Below are positions 1-7,126 of a DNA stretch of 52,156 bases, piece after piece; position 1 is the first letter of the stretch, and every line of letters begins with the position of its first letter. The stretch comes from Bacteroidales bacterium. GTDB taxonomy: Bacteria > Bacteroidota > Bacteroidia > Bacteroidales > NBLH01. The notes beneath the pieces were generated by a model. It saw only the letters and a list, made by a program, of their open reading frames with translations, was not told the origin of the DNA and did no database searches. The position numbers and the translations under genes are program-made. The stretch is from NCBI GenBank assembly GCA_021647685.1, contig JAKIUH010000001.1, forward strand, positions 1-52,156. Direction: 5' to 3'.

Positions 1-430
1 TGTCTGCTATTTTTTGAATTTTTTCGTTGTCGCAAGGGTTTCCGTAAACGTGAACAGGCAAAATTGCTGTTGTTTGCGGAGTGATAAGTGCTTCTATTTT
101 ATCGGGATTAAGATTTCCGTCTTCTTGACAAATATCGCAAAAAACAGGTTTTATTCCGTTCCAATGCAAAGAGTGTGTTGTTGCCACAAAACTGTATGGC
201 GTTGTAATTACTTCGCCTGTAATTCGGAGTGCCTGTAAGCCGACGATAAGTGCAAGTGTTCCGTTTGAAAAAAGCGAAATATATTCAACGCCAAGAAATT
301 CTGCGAGTTTTTGCTCTAATTCTTGATGAAATTTCCCGTTATTTGTCAGATGTTTGCTTTCCCAAAGTTCTTTTAACTTTTCAGTGAAGTCATCAAAATT
401 TGGAAGTGTCGGTTGGGTTACGTATATCAT
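1..430 (-). CDS. DegT/DnrJ/EryC1/StrS-family PLP-dependent sugar aminotransferase, N-terminal ~143 codons (gene runs off the left window edge)
   Basis: Missing from the ORF track because there is no stop inside the window. Hand translation of the minus strand from the ATG at 430-428 gives MIYVTQPTLPNFDDFTEKLKELWESKHLTNNGKFHQELEQKLAEFLGVEYISLFSNGTLALIVGLQALRITGEVITTPYSFVATTHSLHWNGIKPVFCDI..., a typical N-terminus for this family. The frame stays open to position 1. Confidence 0.8.
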   Translation of the reverse strand, partial: MIYVTQPTLPNFDDFTEKLKELWESKHLTNNGKFHQELEQKLAEFLGVEYISLFSNGTLALIVGLQALRITGEVITTPYSFVATTHSLHWNGIKPVFCDICQEDGNLNPDKIEALITPQTTAILPVHVYGNPCDNEKIQKIAD

Positions 431-435
431 TTGTT

Positions 436-1210
436 TCAAAAAATTTGATTTATATATTCTTTAAATAACAAAATTTGCTTTATATCAGACGGATTAAACA
501 GAAACGGTTGAACATCTTTACTTATTTCGGTTAGATTAAGTTTATTTATTTCTTGTAATACTCTGTTTTTTAAAGCAGTTTCATTATTTATTTTCAATTT
601 TTTGTTGTAAATAATCAAAATTCGGACGTGTTGATTTCATTAAAAAAATAATGTCGAAAAAATCTCGTCCTTTTTTTCGTTTTCGGTTAATAAGAGCATA
701 AAATTTTTGTGCCAACAAAATATCTTTCGGCGTTGTGTTTATCGAAGTAAATACATCAAATTTATTTAAAATTAATTTTTCAGGTTTGTATGTGAAATAT
801 TGTGGTTCGGTATCTAATTGAATTAATATTTTTTCTTCCTTGTGACCTGACAGCCCTTCGTTAAAAAGCAAGTTCGGAAATCTGACATAACAATGAAATG
901 CTCCTGCAAACACATTTTTGATGTCAATTTCGTATCCTTGTTTTGACAGTTGTTTTTCAATAATTACAGAAATGTCTTTAAAATCAGTTTCAGATAAGTC
1001 TAAATTATCAAAGTCTAAATCTTCTGAAAAGCGAGAGTTATTATGAACTATTCGCAAACAAGTCCCGCCAAGAAAACAAAGTTTATCTGCATATTCACTT
1101 TCAAAAATTATTTCAAGAATTTTATATTGCAGATATTCACGCAACATAAAATTTTTAAAAATGTGCAAATTTTCGGGATAATATTTTTTTATTTCATTCA
1201 GACTAATCAT
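436..1210 (-). pseudogene. abiEii: AbiEii/AbiGii-family nucleotidyltransferase toxin (DUF1814), split into two frames (584-1210 and 436-618)
   Basis: The 208-aa ORF (..CFLGGTCLRIVHNNSRFSEDLDFD.., RKRKKGRDFFDIIFL) looks like the AbiEii NTase core. The 60-aa ORF (..LTEISKDVQPFLFNPSDIKQILLFKEYI) looks like the family C-terminus in a different frame. The two frames meet at a 6-nt homopolymer (plus-strand T6, 598-603). The start overlaps the abiEi stop by 8 nt. Confidence 0.7.
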
Positions 1211-1817
1211 ACAGAAATTGATTTATTATTTTTACTTTTTTCAACAATATCTTTGAATTATACAAGGTTGCATAATCTGATAATTTTTGCATATTTAATT
1301 CTTTCAGTAATAATTCTTTGTTTAATCGCAAAGATATTATATCTTCAAAAGTTTTTAATGAATGCCGAAAATATAATAAATCTAACAATGCTTTTTCAAT
1401 TTCAGCAATTTTAAAGGTGTAATTTTCTTTTTGCACAAATTTATAAGCAAAAAAACAATTTGTTTTTATGTTTCTGTATGTATATAAATATTGACTATTT
1501 TTAAACTCTTTTGTTTTTAACGTTGTTACAGAATTTATTGAAAAAACTGCTTCCGGAATTACGCCGTAATAATATAATGCCGTTTCTAAACTTACGTAAG
1601 ACGGTTGGTAAATTTTATTTGCAATATAAAAAAGTCTTGTTTCGTCAATAATAGTATCTGAAAAACAATACCAAGAATTTCTAATTTTATGCAAGTATCC
1701 TTTTTTTTGCCAAGTCAGCAAATTCATTTTATTAAAATTCGGGTATAATTTATCTATTTCTTTTACAGAAAATACTATATACTTGTTAAACTGTTGTTTA
1801 AAGTTTAAAAATTGCAT
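1203..1817 (-). CDS. abiEi: AbiEi-family antitoxin / transcriptional regulator (type IV TA)
   Basis: 204-aa ORF. Its N-terminal part (..LLTWQKKGYLHKIRNSWYCF..) has a winged-helix-like AbiEi_4 pattern. It lies directly upstream of the NTase toxin gene and overlaps it, the canonical abiE operon layout. Confidence 0.7.
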   Translation of the reverse strand: MQFLNFKQQFNKYIVFSVKEIDKLYPNFNKMNLLTWQKKGYLHKIRNSWYCFSDTIIDETRLFYIANKIYQPSYVSLETALYYYGVIPEAVFSINSVTTLKTKEFKNSQYLYTYRNIKTNCFFAYKFVQKENYTFKIAEIEKALLDLLYFRHSLKTFEDIISLRLNKELLLKELNMQKLSDYATLYNSKILLKKVKIINQFLYD

Positions 1818-1836
1818 TTTTGTTTCTATTTATATG

Positions 1837-1844
1837 CAAATTTA
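1837..1844 (-). promoter_or_regulatory. Candidate Bacteroidota -7 promoter box (TAAATTTG on minus strand) for abiEi-abiEii
   Basis: Matches the TAnnTTTG consensus about 20 nt upstream of the abiEi ATG. Confidence 0.35.
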
Positions 1845-1904
1845 TATATTTTCAGAAATAAAACAAAAGGTTTAATATTTTTGTGAGCATTATTTATTTT
1901 AAAA

Positions 1905-1985
1905 ATGTGATTGTGTTTTTAAAATTCTTTTAATTTGTATGAATTTGTTAAAATTTTGTAAAGTTGGTTGGGTTATGTATATTGG
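1905..1985 (-). repeat. Decayed copy C of the aminotransferase 5' end / start-codon junction
   Basis: Hand alignment to 352-430 is roughly 70% identical, with a strong core (ttggttgggttatgtatat vs tcggttgggttacgtatat and aaaattcttttaat vs aaagttcttttaac). No start codon or intact reading frame remains. Confidence 0.6.
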
Positions 1986-2052
1986 TTTGTTCATATTTTT
2001 ATCTGATTTTTTCATAATAAAACAACAAATGTGCTGTTTAAATTTTTTATTT

Positions 2053-2298
2053 TAGGGTTTGCTGAAAAATGCTAAATATATTGTAATTCAACACTTTATA
2101 TTTGTATTTTTGTGATAAAGTGCAAGGTTTTTGAATGAAACATCTTGAAACCCATGTACTTATTTTGATAAAACTACTAAATTTTTGCCGCTCAGCTGCA
2201 CATCTCTTTTGTATTTTGTTCAATTTGAAGTATTTATATACATCTACATCTCACAAAATCCAAAATAGACGCACATCTGAGCTTTTCAGCAAGCCCTA
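2053..2298. repeat. Inverted-repeat-bounded 246-bp segment (candidate invertible promoter or MITE)
   Basis: Left arm tagggtttgctgaaaa (2053-2068). The right arm's reverse complement is tagggcttgctgaaaa (2283-2298), matching 15/16. A weaker match extends about 12 nt inward. Two overlapping TAnnTTTG boxes (TATATTTG 2097-2104, TATTTTTG 2105-2112) lie inside, on the plus strand. Confidence 0.55.
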
Positions 2299-2300
2299 TT

Positions 2301-3500
2301 TTACAGATTTTGTTTTTGAAGAAAATTTATTAAACTCAGATGTTTTATTCCGTTTTTATTATCAAATTGAACTTGGTCAAAACTAATAACATATTTATTG
2401 TAATTGTCGTTTATTTTTTCCAAATTTCCAAATTCTCTTTCAACAACTTTATTGTCTGTCAGCAAATAAGTTACTTGTATATAAATTTTATTATTATTTT
2501 TTTCTGCTATAAAATCTATTTCCAGGTTATTTATTTTTCCGATACTTACAGCATAGTCAATTGAAATTAAATGCGAATATACTACATTTTCCAGTATTTT
2601 ATTCATGTCTTGCGGCTTAAAACCTACAAGTGCATTCCGAATGCCTACGTCTGTGAAGTAAAATTTTTCGCCTATTTCCAAAAAACGTTTTCCTTGTAAA
2701 TCGTATCGTCGTATTTTATTTATAAAAAAAGCATTATTAATATAATTAAGATAATTAAGAACAACGGAATTTGAAATTTTAAGGTTCTGAGATTTAAGGA
2801 AGTCGGCAATTTTTTTTGCAGAAACGATACTTCCTGTATTATCTGCAAGAAATAACACAAGACGTTCGAGGAAATCAACATTTTTTAAATTGTATCTTGC
2901 AACTACATCTTTCAAAAGTATTGTTTGATAAATATTTTGCAGATATGTAAAAACAACTTCGTCATCGTTTAAGTCAAGATTTTTCAAATAAGGCATTCCG
3001 CCGAATTTAATATATAAATTAAGCGTTTTTTGATTTACAGATAGTTTGTGAAATTTACAAAATTCAGTAAAATTTAAAGGATTAATTTTAAACTGCACGT
3101 ATCTTCCCGAAAGTAACGTCGCAAGTTCTCCTGACAACAGCGATGAGTTACTGCCGGTTATATAAATATTGTAATTTTTAGAAAAGAAATGTCGAACTGC
3201 ATGCTCAAAGCCGTTAATTTCTTGTATTTCATCAATAAATAAGATATTTCCGGCAGATTTTGATTTTTTTTCTATATAGTTTACTAAATCATCGGCTGTG
3301 TTAATTGTTGAAAATTCAAACAATTCTAAATTAATATAAATAATATTAATGTCTGGTGTATGTTTTAAATAATCAGCTATCAACAGTTTAAGAAAAAAAC
3401 TTTTCCCAACCCTGCGTTGTCCTGTAATAACTTTAATAATTTCGTTATTTGCAAATTTAGAAATCTTGTTTAAATATTTATTGCGTTGTATTATTTTCAT
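2301..3500 (-). CDS. AAA-family ATPase with C-terminal DUF4143-type domain
   Basis: 399-aa ORF. Walker A is GQRRVGKS and Walker B-like is ILFIDEIQ. The C-terminal part (..LEIDFIAEKNNNKIYIQVTY..) resembles the restriction-endonuclease-like DUF4143 module common in Bacteroidota. Confidence 0.8.
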   Translation of the reverse strand: MKIIQRNKYLNKISKFANNEIIKVITGQRRVGKSFFLKLLIADYLKHTPDINIIYINLELFEFSTINTADDLVNYIEKKSKSAGNILFIDEIQEINGFEHAVRHFFSKNYNIYITGSNSSLLSGELATLLSGRYVQFKINPLNFTEFCKFHKLSVNQKTLNLYIKFGGMPYLKNLDLNDDEVVFTYLQNIYQTILLKDVVARYNLKNVDFLERLVLFLADNTGSIVSAKKIADFLKSQNLKISNSVVLNYLNYINNAFFINKIRRYDLQGKRFLEIGEKFYFTDVGIRNALVGFKPQDMNKILENVVYSHLISIDYAVSIGKINNLEIDFIAEKNNNKIYIQVTYLLTDNKVVEREFGNLEKINDNYNKYVISFDQVQFDNKNGIKHLSLINFLQKQNL

Positions 3501-3543
3501 ATATCAGCAAGTTACAAGGATATTAATAATTATTGCAATAATA

Positions 3544-3618
3544 CAAAAAAGATTTAAGTTTACTTACAGTTTTGCTAAAATAATCAAAAAGATTTAAGTT
3601 TACTTGCAATGTTTTGCT
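3544..3618. repeat. Two tandem direct repeats (~33 nt, period ~41 nt) upstream of the ATPase gene
   Basis: caaaaaagatttaagtttacttacagttttgct (3544-3576) and caaaaagatttaagtttacttgcaatgttttgct (3585-3618). They share a 20-nt identical core, aaaaagatttaagtttactt, and an identical ttttgct tail. Confidence 0.7.
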
Positions 3619-3629
3619 CCGGTTTCGGT

Positions 3630-3732
3630 GGAATTTACCCTTAATTGTTAAGTGTTTGCTTTCCCAGAGTTCTTTTAACTTTTCAGTGAAACTATTAAAA
3701 TCGGGGAGATTTGGTTGGGTTACGTATATTGT
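3630..3732 (-). pseudogene. Displaced copy B of the aminotransferase 5' end (first ~35 codons), start codon lost
   Basis: Ungapped hand alignment to 328-430 matches roughly four-fifths of ~103 positions. It translates as TIYVTQPNLPDFNSFTEKLKELWESKHLTIKGKFH, against MIYVTQPTLPNFDDFTEKLKELWESKHLTNNGKFH in the live gene. ACA replaces ATG, and the copy abuts the wzt stop codon (3733-3735). Confidence 0.75.
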
Positions 3733-4980
3733 TTATTTAAAATTTAAGATTTCAAATTTAGGATAATATATACCTTCATAATTTGCTGCAATTATTGCAA
3801 ATCGATCATCTTGCTCAATATCAAAAAGAGCAAAATGGTTTAGAAACATCATTTCAGGAACAATTCTGTCTTCAAATATTCCAACAGAAATAAAATATCT
3901 GCCGGGTATAAGTTTAAAATTATCAAGTTTGAATGTTATTTCATGTTTTCCTTTTGTGCCTTTTATAGAGTGCTTTTTATGGACAGAACTAATCACAAGA
4001 ACCCTTATATTTTGTTCATTATAAAAATGTAATGTAAAATCAATTTCACCAAGGTTTTGTTTTGTTTCAAATTTTAAGTTAAAAAAGATTTCTTCGAATG
4101 GGGTAAATACATTTTCTTTATATTTATTTTTTATATTAAAGCTGATAATTTTAATTTTATTATTTTCAATAGCTTCTTCTTTTTGATTTTCTGTAATTGT
4201 ATTATAAGTTTGAATACAACTTTCAACAGCTCCCTCAAAACTAATCATTCCCGATTTTAAAAGAATTCCTTTTTTACATAAATTTCTAATGCTTGTCATA
4301 TTATAACTAACAAAAAGCACAGTCCTCCCTCCTTGTGAAGAAACATCTTGCATTTTGCCGATTGCTTTTTTCTGAAATTCGGCATCGCCTACGGCAAGGA
4401 CTTCGTCAACTACTAAAATGTCGGGCTCTAAGTGTGCTGCTACTGCAAATGCAAGACGAACATACATTCCGCTGCTGTATCGCTTAACAGGCGTATCAAG
4501 GTATTTTGCCACTCCTGCAAAATCTACAATCTCATCAAGTTTCTTTTTTATTTCCCATTTTCGCATTCCGAGTATTGCTCCGTTAAGGAAAATATTTTCT
4601 CGTCCTGTAAGTTCGGGATGGAAACCTGTTCCTACTTCAAGTAAACTTGCAATTCTGCCTTTTACTTTTATTTGCCCGATACTGGGACCCGTAACCCGCG
4701 AAAGTAGTTTCAGTAAAGTGGATTTTCCTGCACCATTTTTACCGATAATGCCCAGCACTTCACCTTGTTTTACTTCCAAATTAATATCGCGCAAAGCCCA
4801 AACGTATTCACCTTCAACGGTATTTAATGCATTTGTAGAACCTATTTTCAGGGCAGGGTCTTCTTTGCCCCGCACACGATACCACCAACGTTGCAAATCG
4901 CCGCGCAGCGTTTGGCTGCCAACCGTACCCAAACGGTATTGCTTACCTATATTTTCAAGCTTGATTACTGTTTCAGACAC
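3733..4980 (-). CDS. wzt: Polysaccharide/O-antigen ABC exporter ATP-binding protein (Wzt/TagH type) with C-terminal extension
   Basis: GTG start. Walker A GKNGAGKST, signature YSSGM, Walker B ILVVDE. A TagH/Wzt-style N-terminus (LRGDLQRWWYRVRG..) is followed by about 160 extra C-terminal residues, consistent with a Wzt glycan-binding domain. Confidence 0.85.
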   Translation of the reverse strand: MSETVIKLENIGKQYRLGTVGSQTLRGDLQRWWYRVRGKEDPALKIGSTNALNTVEGEYVWALRDINLEVKQGEVLGIIGKNGAGKSTLLKLLSRVTGPSIGQIKVKGRIASLLEVGTGFHPELTGRENIFLNGAILGMRKWEIKKKLDEIVDFAGVAKYLDTPVKRYSSGMYVRLAFAVAAHLEPDILVVDEVLAVGDAEFQKKAIGKMQDVSSQGGRTVLFVSYNMTSIRNLCKKGILLKSGMISFEGAVESCIQTYNTITENQKEEAIENNKIKIISFNIKNKYKENVFTPFEEIFFNLKFETKQNLGEIDFTLHFYNEQNIRVLVISSVHKKHSIKGTKGKHEITFKLDNFKLIPGRYFISVGIFEDRIVPEMMFLNHFALFDIEQDDRFAIIAANYEGIYYPKFEILNFK

Positions 4981-5123
4981 CTCTTTTTGTTATTGCATTA
5001 CAAACGTAATAATTTAAGATTTATTTAAAGGACTTTATAAAAAGTATTCATTTTTTTTTATACAAAAATACAACATTTATCAGTTTAAGGATATCTTAAA
5101 ATAAAAATCCACAAAAGAATTAA

Positions 5124-5131
5124 TATATTTG
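5124..5131 (+). promoter_or_regulatory. Candidate -7 box TATATTTG for wzm
   Basis: TAnnTTTG match 19 nt upstream of the wzm ATG. A second match, TAATTTTG, lies at 5138-5145. Confidence 0.3.
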
Positions 5132-5149
5132 TCACAATAATTTTGATTT

Positions 5150-6019
5150 ATGAACAAAGAAGAAAAATTAGGAAACAGCACCGAAAACTGGTCAATGATT
5201 ATTCGTCCCAAAAGGCACTTGTTCGATGTTAATTTACAAGAAATTTGGTCTTATCGCGATTTAATCAAACTATTTGTTCGCAGAGATTTTGTAGCACGCT
5301 ATAAGCAAACAATTTTAGGTCCTTTGTGGTTTCTCATTCAGCCATTGTTTACAACGGTTATGTACACGATTGTTTTTGGAAATATAGCCAAAATATCTAC
5401 AGATGGATTACCCCAAATTTTGTTTTATATGTCGGGAATTGTTGGCTGGACTTATTTTTCTGCATGTCTTAATTCTACCTCCAATACTTTTGTTGCCAAT
5501 GCAGGAATTTTCGGGAAAGTATATTTCCCGCGCTTAACATTACCTATTTCAATAGTAATATCAAACCTTATTCAATTTACCATACAATTTTTTCTTCTTT
5601 TGGCATTTATGCTGTATTATCGAATAATCGGTGCTAACTTTCATACCAATATATATGTTCTTCTTTTACCGCTTTTAATTGTACTGATGGCCGGTTTAGG
5701 TTTGGGATTTGGCATTATGATATCCTCATTAACAACAAAATACAGAGATTTGACAAATCTGGTAAGTTTTGGAGTTCAGTTATGGATGTATGCTACGCCC
5801 ATAATCTATCCGCTATCCGAAATACCTGAAAAATACCGGCTGTTTGTATTGGCTAATCCGCTTACACCGATTATTGAAACTTTTCGTTTTGCACTACTCG
5901 GTGCAGGAACTGTTAATTGGATGCATCTGACTTATAGTTTTATATTTACGATTATCGTTCTGGCAATAGGTATTGTGTTATTCAATAAAGTAGAACAAAC
6001 TTTTATGGATACAGTTTAA
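5150..6019 (+). CDS. wzm: ABC-2 type polysaccharide export permease (Wzm/TagG type)
   Basis: 289 aa with 6 hydrophobic segments. The N-terminal motif (..LIKLFVRRDFVARYKQTILGPLWFLIQPL..) is characteristic of ABC-2 permeases. Confidence 0.8.
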   Translation: MNKEEKLGNSTENWSMIIRPKRHLFDVNLQEIWSYRDLIKLFVRRDFVARYKQTILGPLWFLIQPLFTTVMYTIVFGNIAKISTDGLPQILFYMSGIVGWTYFSACLNSTSNTFVANAGIFGKVYFPRLTLPISIVISNLIQFTIQFFLLLAFMLYYRIIGANFHTNIYVLLLPLLIVLMAGLGLGFGIMISSLTTKYRDLTNLVSFGVQLWMYATPIIYPLSEIPEKYRLFVLANPLTPIIETFRFALLGAGTVNWMHLTYSFIFTIIVLAIGIVLFNKVEQTFMDTV

Positions 6020-6187
6020 ATTTTACTTTACTGGAAATTACATGACATCTATCATTTTATTTAATGAATTATAAGCTATATTTGCATTGCTATTTTTATT
6101 TAATCTAAATTAACATAGAAAGTAAAAAATTTAAGCTTAGATATAATTTTAACGAATAAACATAAAATCTATATAAGAATAACCAAA

Positions 6188-7111
6188 ATGAAAAACGAAG
6201 AAACTACAAAAATATTAGCCGATGCAGTTCGTGCTCTTTCTGATTTCTCCTCTGAAACAATGGTATATGCACCAAAACACGGACGCAGTATGCCTTCAAT
6301 AGATGCTTTACACGAAATTAGTGAAAACCTTAGGAGTATTATTTTTCCGGGATATTTTGGAAAATCAAGAATTACCGCACAAAATTTACCTTATTATATA
6401 GGTGTGAATATTGATCGTACCTTTCATTTACTCTCCGAACAAATTGCACGCGGAATTTGTTTTGCACAATTAGAAAGCGAAAATGCAAATTGTGAGTTGA
6501 ATGAAATTACCGCACAAAAAATCACAGCACAGTTTTTTAAACATTTGCCTACAATCAGAGAACTCCTGATTTCTGATGTAAAATCAACCTATAACGGCGA
6601 CCCTGCTGCAAATTCATACGGTGCGATTATTTATAGTTATCCGGGCTTAAAAGCCACAACTAATTACCGTATAGCTAATGCACTATTACGATTAAATGTA
6701 CCGCTCATTCCACGTATTTTAACTGAAATGGCTCACTCTGAAACAGGTATTGACATAAATCCCGGCGCAGAAATCGGACATTCCTTTACAATGGATCACG
6801 GAACCGGTATTGTGATTGGTGAAACTTGTATTATTGGTAACAATGTTAAACTATATCAAGGAGTTACTCTTGGAGCCAAAAGTTTTCCTTGCGATAAAAA
6901 CGGAAATCCGATAAAAGGTATTCCTCGCCACCCGATTGTTGAAAATAATGTGGTAATATATGCACAAGCTACAATACTTGGAAGAATTACCATAGGTAAA
7001 AATTCAGTTATTGGTGGAAATGTTTGGGTTACTAAAAATGTTGCTCCCGATTCAAAAATATTGCAATCTGCTGTTAGGGACATGAGTTTTGAGAATGGTG
7101 CAGGAATTTAA
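6188..7111 (+). CDS. Serine O-acetyltransferase-like hexapeptide-repeat acetyltransferase (long EpsC/CysE type)
   Basis: Hexapeptide left-handed beta-helix region: GIDINPGAEIGHSFTMDHGTGIVIGETCIIGNNVKLYQGVTLGA. Confidence 0.7.
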   Translation: MKNEETTKILADAVRALSDFSSETMVYAPKHGRSMPSIDALHEISENLRSIIFPGYFGKSRITAQNLPYYIGVNIDRTFHLLSEQIARGICFAQLESENANCELNEITAQKITAQFFKHLPTIRELLISDVKSTYNGDPAANSYGAIIYSYPGLKATTNYRIANALLRLNVPLIPRILTEMAHSETGIDINPGAEIGHSFTMDHGTGIVIGETCIIGNNVKLYQGVTLGAKSFPCDKNGNPIKGIPRHPIVENNVVIYAQATILGRITIGKNSVIGGNVWVTKNVAPDSKILQSAVRDMSFENGAGI

Positions 7112-7126
7112 TCTAAAAAATAAATT

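Noticed and set aside
2135-2386. The 83-aa plus-strand ORF inside the IR-bounded segment, considered as a small cassette gene.
   Set aside because: It runs into and overlaps the 3' end of the ATPase gene on the opposite strand. It has no recognisable motif and a poor, Phe/Leu-rich composition. It is more likely non-coding.
3544-3618. The tandem repeats upstream of the ATPase as a mini CRISPR array.
   Set aside because: There are only two copies with a ~8-nt spacer, no cas genes, and the repeat has no CRISPR-like palindromic core.
4418-5017. Long ORFs antisense to well-supported genes. Examples: 4418-5017 (+), 7294-7659 (-), 13349-13654 (-), 26557-27021 (-), 33395-33835 (+), 35230-35718 (-), 48469-48969 (-), 1043-1414 (+).
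   Set aside because: They lie entirely within, or mostly opposite, CDSs with clear family motifs. Their composition is low-complexity or odd (runs of S, F, L, I, C), and no motif is recognisable. They are typical shadow ORFs of AT-rich DNA.
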